NCBI GenBank assembly: GCA_963695225.1
Contig: OY968762.1
Coordinates: forward strand, 544,001-608,000
Length of the DNA stretch: 64,000 bases
Direction of reading: 5' to 3'
DNA from: Vulcanimicrobiota bacterium
GTDB taxonomy: Bacteria > Vulcanimicrobiota > Vulcanimicrobiia > Vulcanimicrobiales > Vulcanimicrobiaceae
Each line of letters opens with the position of its first letter. The first letter of the stretch is position 1. The notes below the pieces were generated by a model, which saw only the letters and a list, made by a program, of their open reading frames with translations, was not told where the DNA came from and searched no databases. This document shows, piece after piece, positions 21,657 through 30,016 of this stretch. Made by a program: the position numbers and the translations under genes.

Positions 21657-22429
21657 ACGTCCTCGAGAGCATCGGGCGACGCACGCTCGTTCTGCTCGAA
21701 TACGCAGGTGGAATCGCCAATCTGTCGGCCGAAGCCGGCGCCTACATCGCCCGGCTCCGAGTCCGCGTCGCCGAAACGCTCTCGCAAGCGTACTTGCTCG
21801 GCGTTCAATCGACGCCGATCGTCTTGATGACGTCCTTGTTCACCGGAATGGTGTTCTCGCTGGAATCGGCGCTCCAGGCCGTGCAGTTCGGGGTCCCGAC
21901 ACTCGTCGGGGTCGCCGTCGCCTACACGGCCGCTCGCGAGCTCGGTCCCATGCTCACGGCGGTCGTCGTGGCCGGACGCTGCGGGGCCGCCATCGCTGCG
22001 GAACTCGGCTCGATGGTCGTCACGGAGCAAGTCGAGGCGCTCGAAGCGCTCGGCCTGGCCCCGACGCGCATGCTCGTCGTCCCGCGCCTGTTGGCGCTGT
22101 TGATCACGCTGCCCATTCTGACCGTGTTCGCCGAGATCGTCTTCGTGGCCGGCGGCATGGCGCTCGCCTACTCCGTCGCGCACATTCCCTACGCGACGTT
22201 CATGGACGGCGTGCACCAAGGCATCGACATGTCCGACGTGCTCAAGGGATTGCTCAAGACGTTCGTGTTCGCCGCGATCGTCGTCCTGGTCGGGGCCTAC
22301 CAGGGCTTCCGCACGCGCGGCGGCGCGGCGGGCGTCGGCAAGGCGACGACGGGCGCCGTCGTCATCTCGATCATCCTGATCTTCGTGACGAACTTCGTGA
22401 TGTCGTTCTTCCTGTTCGAGCCCCAGTAG
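21653..22429 (+). CDS. mlaE: MlaE family ABC transporter permease
   Basis: RELGPMLTAVVVAGRCGAAIAAELGSMVVTEQVEALEALG; GGAAGVGKATT. Confidence 0.93.
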   Translation: MNVLESIGRRTLVLLEYAGGIANLSAEAGAYIARLRVRVAETLSQAYLLGVQSTPIVLMTSLFTGMVFSLESALQAVQFGVPTLVGVAVAYTAARELGPMLTAVVVAGRCGAAIAAELGSMVVTEQVEALEALGLAPTRMLVVPRLLALLITLPILTVFAEIVFVAGGMALAYSVAHIPYATFMDGVHQGIDMSDVLKGLLKTFVFAAIVVLVGAYQGFRTRGGAAGVGKATTGAVVISIILIFVTNFVMSFFLFEPQ

Positions 22430-23178
22430 TGAAGATCGCGCGGCTCGAAAACGTCTCGGTCCGGTTCGGCACGAAGGTCGTCCTGGAGAACCTGTCGTTG
22501 GAGATCGAGCAAGGCGCGATCACCTGCTTGATCGGCCTCTCCGGGTCGGGGAAGTCCACGATCCTGCGGCTGCTGAACGGGCTGCGCCGCCCGGATAGCG
22601 GGCACGCCTACGTCAAGGGCGTGGACGTCTGCCACATTCGGCAGCGCGACCTCATCGACTTGCGCCAGACGATCGGCTTCGCGTTCCAGTTCGCGGCGCT
22701 CTTCGACAGCCTGACGGTCGCCGAGAACGTCGCGCTCCCGCTGATCGAGCATACGAAGATGCCCCGGCGCGAGATCGACCGGGTCGTCATGCAAACGCTC
22801 GATACCGTGGGGCTGGAGCAGGTGGCGGACCGGATGCCGGCCGAGCTGTCCGGCGGAATGCTGAAACGGGCCGGCTTCGCGCGTGCGATCGTGACGAACC
22901 CGGATCTCGTCCTGTACGACGAGCCGACGACGGGCCTCGACCCGATCATCACGCACCTGCTGACGGATACGATCAAGCGACTGCGTAAGAAGCTCAACGG
23001 CACCGCCGTCGTGGTCTCGCACGATCTCGACAGCATCTACGCAATGGCGGATTACATCGCGATGCTCTTCGAGGGAGCGATCATCGAGTACGGAACCGTC
23101 GAACAAGTGCGGTACTCGGAGAACCCGATCGTGCAACAGTTCTTGCAAGGGAGCGAAGTTGGGCCCATACCCATCTAG
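22429..23178 (+). CDS. mlaF: MlaF/Mkl family ABC ATPase
   Basis: GLSGSGKS, FQFAALFDSLTVAENVA, LSGGM, YDEPTTGLDP. Confidence 0.93.
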   Translation: MKIARLENVSVRFGTKVVLENLSLEIEQGAITCLIGLSGSGKSTILRLLNGLRRPDSGHAYVKGVDVCHIRQRDLIDLRQTIGFAFQFAALFDSLTVAENVALPLIEHTKMPRREIDRVVMQTLDTVGLEQVADRMPAELSGGMLKRAGFARAIVTNPDLVLYDEPTTGLDPIITHLLTDTIKRLRKKLNGTAVVVSHDLDSIYAMADYIAMLFEGAIIEYGTVEQVRYSENPIVQQFLQGSEVGPIPI

Positions 23179-23217
23179 GGCGCGCCGCGCACGCCGGCCG
23201 GCGGGGGCAGCCTTGCG

Positions 23218-24837
23218 ATGAACCGCCAAGCGTGGGTCGGCTTGTTCACCGTACTGGGGACGGTCGCGCTCCTCGGGATCTACTGGATTCTCGCGGGCCT
23301 CGGAACTCGTTCGTCCGGCTACAATACGGGGATCCGCTTCGACTCGGCGGCCGGGCTGCGCCCCGGCTCCCGCGTCTTCATGAGCGGCGTCCCGATCGGC
23401 ATCATCGACAAGATCGTGCTGGAGTCGGATTATAGCGCCGACGTGATCCTCGCCGTGAACGCGCACGACGAGATCCCGCGCGATTCCAAATTCGTGATCC
23501 AGGCACCGCTCACCGGGGACCCGACCCTCGTCATCGTTCCGCCGCGCCTCAAGGGGGCGACGCCGGAACAGCTCGCGGCGCTCCCCGTTCTTCCGCACGA
23601 GGTCCGTCCCTACGCGGAACAGCCGAAGGGCACGAACCCGGTGACGGTCGGCGAGTTGCTGGAGGCGGGGCAGGGCGAGATCCGGCGGCTCGACACCGTG
23701 CTCGCCCAGCTCGAAGCGTCCACTCCCGAATTGCTGCGCTCTCTGCAATCGACGCTCGACAACTCGAACGCGGCGAGCCGCACGGCGAATGCGGCGATGG
23801 CTCGCCTTTCGACTCAGCTGGGGACGCTCGCCGACCGCGCGGGGAACAACGTCATCCAGCTGACCGATACGCTCAACGCGACGGCAAGCCGGGATTCCGG
23901 ACGGATCGATTCGCTGTTGGTCTCGCTCAACAAGACCGCGGTCGCACTCAACGATACGGTCGAGTCGTTCAAGAGCGTCGCCGGCGACAAGCGGGTCCAC
24001 CAGAACATCGTCGAGACGACCAACTCGATCGCTGCGACGACGAAGACGATCGCCGAGATCACGACCGACCTGCGGCAGATAACGGGCAATCCGCAGACGC
24101 AGGCGCAATTGCGCGACACCGTCGCGCGGCTCGACGCGACGGCTCAAAAACTCGATTCGCTGATCGGTGTCTTGGGGGGAAGGAGCAGCGTCTACGGCGT
24201 CGATGCGAATGCCACGCCGGCCCCGTACGACCCGAACGCGCGCACGTATCCGCAGCCCGGGCCGGCCGTCACACCGGGCCGCTGGAGCGTGCCGCCGCAA
24301 TCCGGAGTGTACCAGACGCCGCAACCCATCGCCTTCGGGACGCCGGTCCCCGCGCAACCGCCGCTCGACAAGCTCGGCGATCTGGCGAAGAGCCTCGCGC
24401 AATTGCAGATTCGCATCAGCTTGCTCGCGCCGGAGCGTGCGGGTTCCGCGAACACCGGCTCCGGTTCGCCGTTGCTGACCTCCGACCGGGGGCCGCAGAG
24501 CGACGTGAACGTCATGTTCCTGCCGCGCGGCAGGACGAGCGTCCTCGCCGGCGTCAACGATCTCGGCGCGCAGACGACCTACAATTTCTCGGCGCTCACG
24601 ACGGCGGGGAAGTTCAGGTACGGCGGCGGCGTGTTGTACTCGCAACTCGGCGTGCTCGGGAAGGTGCAAGGGGATCGATTCGGCTTCGAAGGCCGTCTCT
24701 ACGATTTGCGGCGCACGACGCTCGACGCGTACGGGAGGTTCATCGTCTCGCCGCAGGCGGAGTTCTTCGCGGGCGAGCGGGATCTGTTCCGCATCGACCG
24801 GCGGACCGTTTTCGGGATCCAGTTCCAGCTACCGTGA
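23218..24837 (+). CDS. mlaD: MlaD/MCE protein with long helical region and C-terminal beta-barrel-like domain
   Basis: N-terminal TM helix, MCE motif FDSAAGLRPGSRVFMSGVPIG, heptad-rich middle region, alternating beta-strand C-terminus. Confidence 0.88.
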   Translation: MNRQAWVGLFTVLGTVALLGIYWILAGLGTRSSGYNTGIRFDSAAGLRPGSRVFMSGVPIGIIDKIVLESDYSADVILAVNAHDEIPRDSKFVIQAPLTGDPTLVIVPPRLKGATPEQLAALPVLPHEVRPYAEQPKGTNPVTVGELLEAGQGEIRRLDTVLAQLEASTPELLRSLQSTLDNSNAASRTANAAMARLSTQLGTLADRAGNNVIQLTDTLNATASRDSGRIDSLLVSLNKTAVALNDTVESFKSVAGDKRVHQNIVETTNSIAATTKTIAEITTDLRQITGNPQTQAQLRDTVARLDATAQKLDSLIGVLGGRSSVYGVDANATPAPYDPNARTYPQPGPAVTPGRWSVPPQSGVYQTPQPIAFGTPVPAQPPLDKLGDLAKSLAQLQIRISLLAPERAGSANTGSGSPLLTSDRGPQSDVNVMFLPRGRTSVLAGVNDLGAQTTYNFSALTTAGKFRYGGGVLYSQLGVLGKVQGDRFGFEGRLYDLRRTTLDAYGRFIVSPQAEFFAGERDLFRIDRRTVFGIQFQLP

Positions 24838-25541
24838 TCCCTCTCGGGCAGGAAGCGCCCACTCGAACGTTCCCGTACGTCACCTACGCGCTGATCGTTG
24901 CAAACCTAGTTGCGTTCGCCTTCGAGTTCTCCGCGCCGAACCTCGAGGCGCTCGTCAACGATTACGCCGCGATTCCGTTCGACCTCACGCACGGAGTCCA
25001 GCTGCCGTATCCGAGCCCGCATCCCACGGCGTTGACGCTGCTTACGTCGCAGTTCTTGCACGGCGGCGTCCTGCATCTCGGCTTCAACATGCTCTTCTTG
25101 TACATCTTCGGCCCCGAGATCGAGGATGCGTGCGGGCACTTCGGCTACTTTGCGTTCTACCTCATTTGCGGTGCGCTCGCCGGCGTCGCGCAGACGCTCG
25201 TCGATCCGGGTAGCCATGTTCCGCAGATCGGCGCATCCGGCGCAATCGCGGGCGTGCTCGGTGCGTACGTCGTGACGTATCCGACGAACTCGATCGCTAC
25301 GCTCGTGCCGCTCGGCTTCATTCCGCTGTTCCTGCGCCTCCCGGCCGTCGTCGTGATCGGCGTCTGGGCCGCGGCGCAGTTCGTGCACGGCTTCGGCGCG
25401 CTTGCGCCGCACGTCCTGAGCGAGCAGGGCGGCGGGACGGCGTACTTCGCGCACATCGGGGGCTTCGTCGCCGGCGCGCTCGGAATCGAGCTCTTTCGGG
25501 CTCGCAGGGTTCCGCCCCGTCGTTATCGCTATTACAACTAG
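24834..25541 (+). CDS. Rhomboid family intramembrane serine protease
   Basis: FLHGGVLHLGFNMLFL, GASGAIAG (Ser), AHIGGF (His). Confidence 0.93.
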   Translation: MIPLGQEAPTRTFPYVTYALIVANLVAFAFEFSAPNLEALVNDYAAIPFDLTHGVQLPYPSPHPTALTLLTSQFLHGGVLHLGFNMLFLYIFGPEIEDACGHFGYFAFYLICGALAGVAQTLVDPGSHVPQIGASGAIAGVLGAYVVTYPTNSIATLVPLGFIPLFLRLPAVVVIGVWAAAQFVHGFGALAPHVLSEQGGGTAYFAHIGGFVAGALGIELFRARRVPPRRYRYYN

Positions 25542-26465
25542 ATGACACAAGCTAAGGCACGCGTCGGAATCCTCGGAGCGGGAGCGATGGGCACGCTTTT
25601 CGCCTACTTGCTAGCGGACACGCACGATGTGACGCTCGTCGATATCCGCGGCGATCTCGCGGAGACGATTTCGGCGCAGGGCGTCATCGTCGACGATCTG
25701 CCCCCGCGCGCCGTGCGCGCGACGTGCGATTCCGGGAAGGCCGTCGCCTCGCAGTTCCTGTTCGTGTTCGTGAAGGCGACCGATACGCTGCGCGCCGTGC
25801 GTCCATTCGCCGGCCAACTGAATCCCTCGACGCCGATCATCTCGCTGCAGAACGGCCTGGGGAACGAGGAAGCGATCAAGACCGCGCTCGGCGGGAGCGT
25901 CCCGCTCGTCCTCGGCGTGACGACCGAGGCGTGCGTCTCGACCGGGCACGGACGTTCGCATCGCCTCGGGATCGGAACGACGGTCCTCGGTTCGGCTGGG
26001 GCGTCCCCGGCGACGCTCCAAGCCGTCAGCGCGCTCCTCGGGAGCGTGGGGTTGGCGGCCCGGACGGTCTACGACATCCGCCCGCATCTCTGGGGAAAGT
26101 TGCTCGCGAACGCGGCGATCAATCCGATCGCGGCCTTGCTCGACAGCAAGAACGCCGTGATCCCCGCAACGCCGGACGCCGCGGAACTCGCCCGCGCGAT
26201 CGCGTACGAAGGCGCGGCGGTCGCGAAGGCCCTGAAGATCAGCCTTCCGTTCACCGATGCGTGGGAGTACGTCAAGGGCGTGATCGCCTCGAGCGCCGAC
26301 GGCCGCAACTCGATGACGATCGATCTCGCCTCCCGGCGCCGGACGGAGATCGATTACATCAACGGCGCGATCGTCGCGGCCGGCCGCCGGATGGGCGTGG
26401 CGACGCCGTACAACGAGTCGCTTTGGCGCATCGTGAAGGCGCGCGAAGAAGTCACGGGGGACTAG
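25542..26465 (+). CDS. panE: 2-dehydropantoate 2-reductase
   Basis: GAGAMG, FVKA, SLQNGLGNEE, WGKLLANAAINP, SMTID...RRTEIDYING. Confidence 0.92.
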   Translation: MTQAKARVGILGAGAMGTLFAYLLADTHDVTLVDIRGDLAETISAQGVIVDDLPPRAVRATCDSGKAVASQFLFVFVKATDTLRAVRPFAGQLNPSTPIISLQNGLGNEEAIKTALGGSVPLVLGVTTEACVSTGHGRSHRLGIGTTVLGSAGASPATLQAVSALLGSVGLAARTVYDIRPHLWGKLLANAAINPIAALLDSKNAVIPATPDAAELARAIAYEGAAVAKALKISLPFTDAWEYVKGVIASSADGRNSMTIDLASRRRTEIDYINGAIVAAGRRMGVATPYNESLWRIVKAREEVTGD

Positions 26466-26550
26466 CACCCCGGCGCGAACAATAGGCGTCGCGAGGCCCG
26501 TCAAACGTTCGAGAAGTGGAAGCGGCGCGTCGCGCGCGCCGGAGGTGACC

Positions 26551-27501
26551 ATGGCGAGCGTCTTCCTGACCGGCGGCAGCGGGTTCATCGGCTCGGCGTT
26601 TCTCTCGGCAGCGGTCGCGGCTGGCCACGAGGTCCGCGCGCTCGCGCGTTCGGCCGGCTCCGAAGCGCGCGTGCGCCGGCTTGGGGGCACTCCGGTGGCG
26701 GGCGACCTCGAAGATGCGGATGGTTCGTGGCGCGCCGTCGTTCACGACGCCGAGGCCGTCGTGCACCTCGCGCAGCCCCAGGCATTCGGGGGGCGCGTCA
26801 CGACCGGGCGGGCGGAGCGCTACCGCGACCTCCGGCTACGCATGGATCGGAACCTGTTCGACGCCGTCGACCCCGCCCGCATCGGGCGCATCCTTTACGT
26901 CGGCGGCACGTCGTATTACGGGGATTGCGGCCGCGCCCTCGTCGATGAAGACGCGACGCCGCACCCGCAAGGTTGGGGGCCGTACGTCGCGCCGGCGATC
27001 GAAGCGCTACCCGGCTACCGCACGCGCGGACTTCCGATCGTCGAAGCGTTTCCCGGCTGGGTGTACGGGCCGTCGTCCTGGTTCGCGGAGTACTTCCTGA
27101 CGCCGCTCGCAAGCGGTCGTCCCGTGACGGCGATTGCCGGCTCGAATCGGTACGTATCGCCGGTGCACGTCGACGACTGCGCGGCGGCGCTCGTCCACCT
27201 GATGGCGCGCGGAGTGGCGGGCCTGCGCTATTTCGTCGTCGATGACAAACCCGTGCCGAATTCGAAGCTCGCCGAAACGGCGGCTGCCGCGCTCGGCGTT
27301 CCGCTGAAATGGCGCCACGTCCCGAAGGCCGTCTTCCGGCTCCTGCTCGGCGCGGTGATCGCCGAGAGCGCGACGTACGAGAACCGGCTCTCGAACGCCC
27401 GCCTGCGCGCGACCGGGTTCGCGCCGCGTTATCGCAGCTGCGAAATCGGCGTCCCGGCGGCGGTCGCCGCCTTCAGAGCAGGTTTTGAGCCGATCCTCTG
27501 A
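26551..27501 (+). CDS. NAD-dependent epimerase/dehydratase family protein
   Basis: VFLTGGSGFIG, PGWVYGP, VHVDD; SD GGAGG before ATG 26551. Confidence 0.88.
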   Translation: MASVFLTGGSGFIGSAFLSAAVAAGHEVRALARSAGSEARVRRLGGTPVAGDLEDADGSWRAVVHDAEAVVHLAQPQAFGGRVTTGRAERYRDLRLRMDRNLFDAVDPARIGRILYVGGTSYYGDCGRALVDEDATPHPQGWGPYVAPAIEALPGYRTRGLPIVEAFPGWVYGPSSWFAEYFLTPLASGRPVTAIAGSNRYVSPVHVDDCAAALVHLMARGVAGLRYFVVDDKPVPNSKLAETAAAALGVPLKWRHVPKAVFRLLLGAVIAESATYENRLSNARLRATGFAPRYRSCEIGVPAAVAAFRAGFEPIL

Positions 27502-27521
27502 GGAGCCGGCGCGCGGCGCGG

Positions 27522-27629
27522 CTAGCGCAGGCGCACGACGCCGGTCAACACGAGCAGCACGAACGAAATCGCGACCGAGATCGCGAGGGACGTCAGGCAG
27601 CCGGCCCGGCTGCTGAAGAAGAGGAACAC
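27522..27629 (-). CDS. 35-aa membrane microprotein (absent from the ORF track)
   Basis: GTG start 3 nt after the upstream synthase stop; MFLFFSSRAGCLTSLAISVAISFVLLVLTGVVRLR, one TM helix. Confidence 0.65.
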   Translation of the reverse strand: MFLFFSSRAGCLTSLAISVAISFVLLVLTGVVRLR

Positions 27630-27632
27630 GCC

Positions 27633-28688
27633 TCAGGCCAGGTTTGGTGCGAATCCGAGGTTGAACGGCGAACGGCCGACCGCGGCGACGAGCCGGCGCA
27701 CGGCGCGATTGCTCAGCGTCGTGAGCGAACCGGCGAGCAACAGGGAACGGACTTCTTGGCGCGAGATCTTGATGCCGCCGCCCGGGACGAGCATCGCCGT
27801 CGAGCGTTCGATTTCCCGGAGCGTCGCGACCGCTAGCAGGATCGGCAAGATGCAGAAGAGCCGGATGAAGAACGCGCCGCGCGGGATCGTCGTGATGTAA
27901 TCGAGCGAAAGGCGCAGATCTTCTTTCGCGACTGCGACGAGATCCATGAGCGCGAGGTGATTCTGGGCGAGGCGGTCGCCGCGCAAGATCGTTTCCTGGC
28001 TGCTCCCGCGGTCGCGCAGCAGCTCCTCCGGGACGAACGCCGCGTTCTCGTGCTCGATGTCCCAGGCGACGTCCTTGAGGATGTTGACGGTCTGCAACGC
28101 TTCGCCGAACGCCTCGCAATGCACGAGCAGGCGGCGGTACGTCGGCGAATTCACGAGCGGCGAGTGCGCGTGCCAGAGGTCGGTCAAGAGATGCCCGACC
28201 GTCCCCGCCACGAAATAGCAGTACCGCCGGTACTGCTCCATCGTTTGGATGCGGATCCCCGCCGGAAACCGGCCGACGAATTCGGCCATCCCGCCGGCGA
28301 GTTCGCGCGTCCAACGCGCCACGATCTTCGCGCTCGGCGCCGGGAGGCTTCGCCACAGGCGAAAGACCCGGTCCGTTCCCGCGAGCAGCGCGAGATACGC
28401 GTCGTCGGCACGGACGTCTCGCGCTTCGGCGGCGAACGTAGCGGCGAGCGCCGGATCGTCGAAACAGGCGCAGAACCGGTGCAGCAATGCTTGCCGCCGG
28501 GCGGCTGGGAGCGAGCCGTCGTCTTCGACGGTGTCGGCGATCCGGCAGAGCAGATAGCCCGTCAGGACGGCTTGGCCCAAGGCGCCGGGCAGCAGCCTGA
28601 TGCCGATCGCGAACGTGCGCGAGACCTGCCCGATGATCCCCGTGGCGAAAGCCAGGTCGCCCGCCGCGCCGTCGACGTTCATCTGCAC
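27633..28688 (-). CDS. Squalene/phytoene synthase family protein (single-enzyme SQS-like), paralog 1
   Basis: VSRTFA, YLLCRIADTVEDD, YCYFVAGTVG, FGEALQTVNILKD. Confidence 0.9.
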   Translation of the reverse strand: MQMNVDGAAGDLAFATGIIGQVSRTFAIGIRLLPGALGQAVLTGYLLCRIADTVEDDGSLPAARRQALLHRFCACFDDPALAATFAAEARDVRADDAYLALLAGTDRVFRLWRSLPAPSAKIVARWTRELAGGMAEFVGRFPAGIRIQTMEQYRRYCYFVAGTVGHLLTDLWHAHSPLVNSPTYRRLLVHCEAFGEALQTVNILKDVAWDIEHENAAFVPEELLRDRGSSQETILRGDRLAQNHLALMDLVAVAKEDLRLSLDYITTIPRGAFFIRLFCILPILLAVATLREIERSTAMLVPGGGIKISRQEVRSLLLAGSLTTLSNRAVRRLVAAVGRSPFNLGFAPNLA

Positions 28689-28733
28689 GGGGCAGGTTTG
28701 CCCCTCGCCTGCCGGGGGTCCTGGTTACGGCGC

Positions 28734-28919
28734 ATGCTGGACGCGCTGCGTTTTGACGATAACCTCGACATGGTCGAATACGGCAGCCTGCTTTCGAGCA
28801 ACGGCTTCCAACTGGGTGGGTTTCACGGGCCGGTCTGGGTGCCCGTCGTCGCCGGCCTCGTTGGGCTCGTCCTCGTGTGGCAAATCCTCGGGTCTCTGCT
28901 CAGGCCCAACAACCGCTAA
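28734..28919 (+). CDS. Small membrane protein (61 aa)
   Basis: MLDALRFDDNLDMVEYG...PVWVPVVAGLVGLVLVWQILGSLLRPNNR; fills the gap between the synthase and xerC. Confidence 0.55.
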   Translation: MLDALRFDDNLDMVEYGSLLSSNGFQLGGFHGPVWVPVVAGLVGLVLVWQILGSLLRPNNR

Positions 28920-28924
28920 CCCCG

Positions 28925-29854
28925 TCAACGGTCGTCGCGATCGTCGCGCGGATGTGCCTCGTCGTAGGCGCGCCGCATGTGTTCGAGCGAGACGTTCGTG
29001 TAGATCTGCGTCGTGGCGAGGCTCTCGTGACCGAGGAGTTCCTTGATCGTCATGAGATCGGCGCCGTTCTCGAGCAGATGCGTCGCGAACGAATGCCGCA
29101 TGACGTGCGGCGTCGCGTGCTGCGCGATGCCGCTCAGGTCCGCGTACAGACGGAACGTTTTCCCCGCCTGGTTCGCACTGAGGCGCGTCGCGCGGTCGCT
29201 CAAGAAAACGGCATTGGACGAGGAGCGCGGCCGGACGCCGAGGTACGCCTCGAGCGCAGAGGCGGCGGCGTGATTGAACAGGACCAGGCGCTCTTTGTTC
29301 CCCTTGCCGATGACGCGCATCGTGCGCCGTTCCAGATCGACGTCGCCGAGGTCCAGGCCGACGAGTTCGGCCCGCCGGATCCCCGAGGCGTAGAGCAGTT
29401 CGAGCATCGCGACGTCCCGCAGGCGCAGCCGGTCGGGGCGCCCGGCGATCCGCGTCCGGAGGAGCTTGGCGACCTCGTTTTCGGCGAGCACCTTGGGAAG
29501 GCGCTTTTCCGGCTTCGGCGGTGCAACGTCGAGGGCGGGATTATCGGGTCGGCGGCCCTCGCGCCGCTGCAAGCCGAAATAGGCGCGCAGCGCGAAGACC
29601 TTACGGCGGACGGCCACGGCTTTGTACTTGCGCGGGCCCATCAAGTCCATGACGAATCGGCGGATGTCCGTCGGCGAGGCCTGGCCGACGCGCCGCGTCG
29701 CATCCTCGGCCCGTTCGCCGGCGCCGAGAAAACGTGCGAACGATTCGACGTCGCGCGCGTACTCCTCGGCGGTGCGCCCCGAGAGACCGCGTTCGAGGTT
29801 CAAGTACGCCATGAAGTCGCCGAGGCCGGGGTCGGCCGGAACGTAGCCGCTCAT
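28925..29854 (-). CDS. xerC: Tyrosine recombinase, XerC/XerD type
   Basis: LERGLSGRT N-domain; catalytic R (ASGIRRAEL), K (GKGNKER), HxxR (PHVMRHSFATH), H (LLGH), Y (TTQIYT). XerC versus XerD is not resolved. Confidence 0.88.
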   Translation of the reverse strand: MSGYVPADPGLGDFMAYLNLERGLSGRTAEEYARDVESFARFLGAGERAEDATRRVGQASPTDIRRFVMDLMGPRKYKAVAVRRKVFALRAYFGLQRREGRRPDNPALDVAPPKPEKRLPKVLAENEVAKLLRTRIAGRPDRLRLRDVAMLELLYASGIRRAELVGLDLGDVDLERRTMRVIGKGNKERLVLFNHAAASALEAYLGVRPRSSSNAVFLSDRATRLSANQAGKTFRLYADLSGIAQHATPHVMRHSFATHLLENGADLMTIKELLGHESLATTQIYTNVSLEHMRRAYDEAHPRDDRDDR

Positions 29855-30016
29855 GCCGCTCGCCGGCGCTTCGTGCCGCTTCCCCGGCGCCGCGTGCAAG
29901 GGTGCCAAATCATAGTTTGAGTGCTTCTCGCTCTGAACCCGGGGAGTCCTCCTGCCGATAAACCTCCCAGACGGTATCGCCCTCGCCGGCGAACTCGCGC
30001 GTCGTTAGGAGAATCC

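Noticed and set aside
29895..29930. dif-like site beside xerC (GGTGCCAAATCATAGTTTGAG)
   Set aside because: Only the first 5 nt resemble the E. coli dif left arm; the conserved TTATGTTAAA arm is absent.
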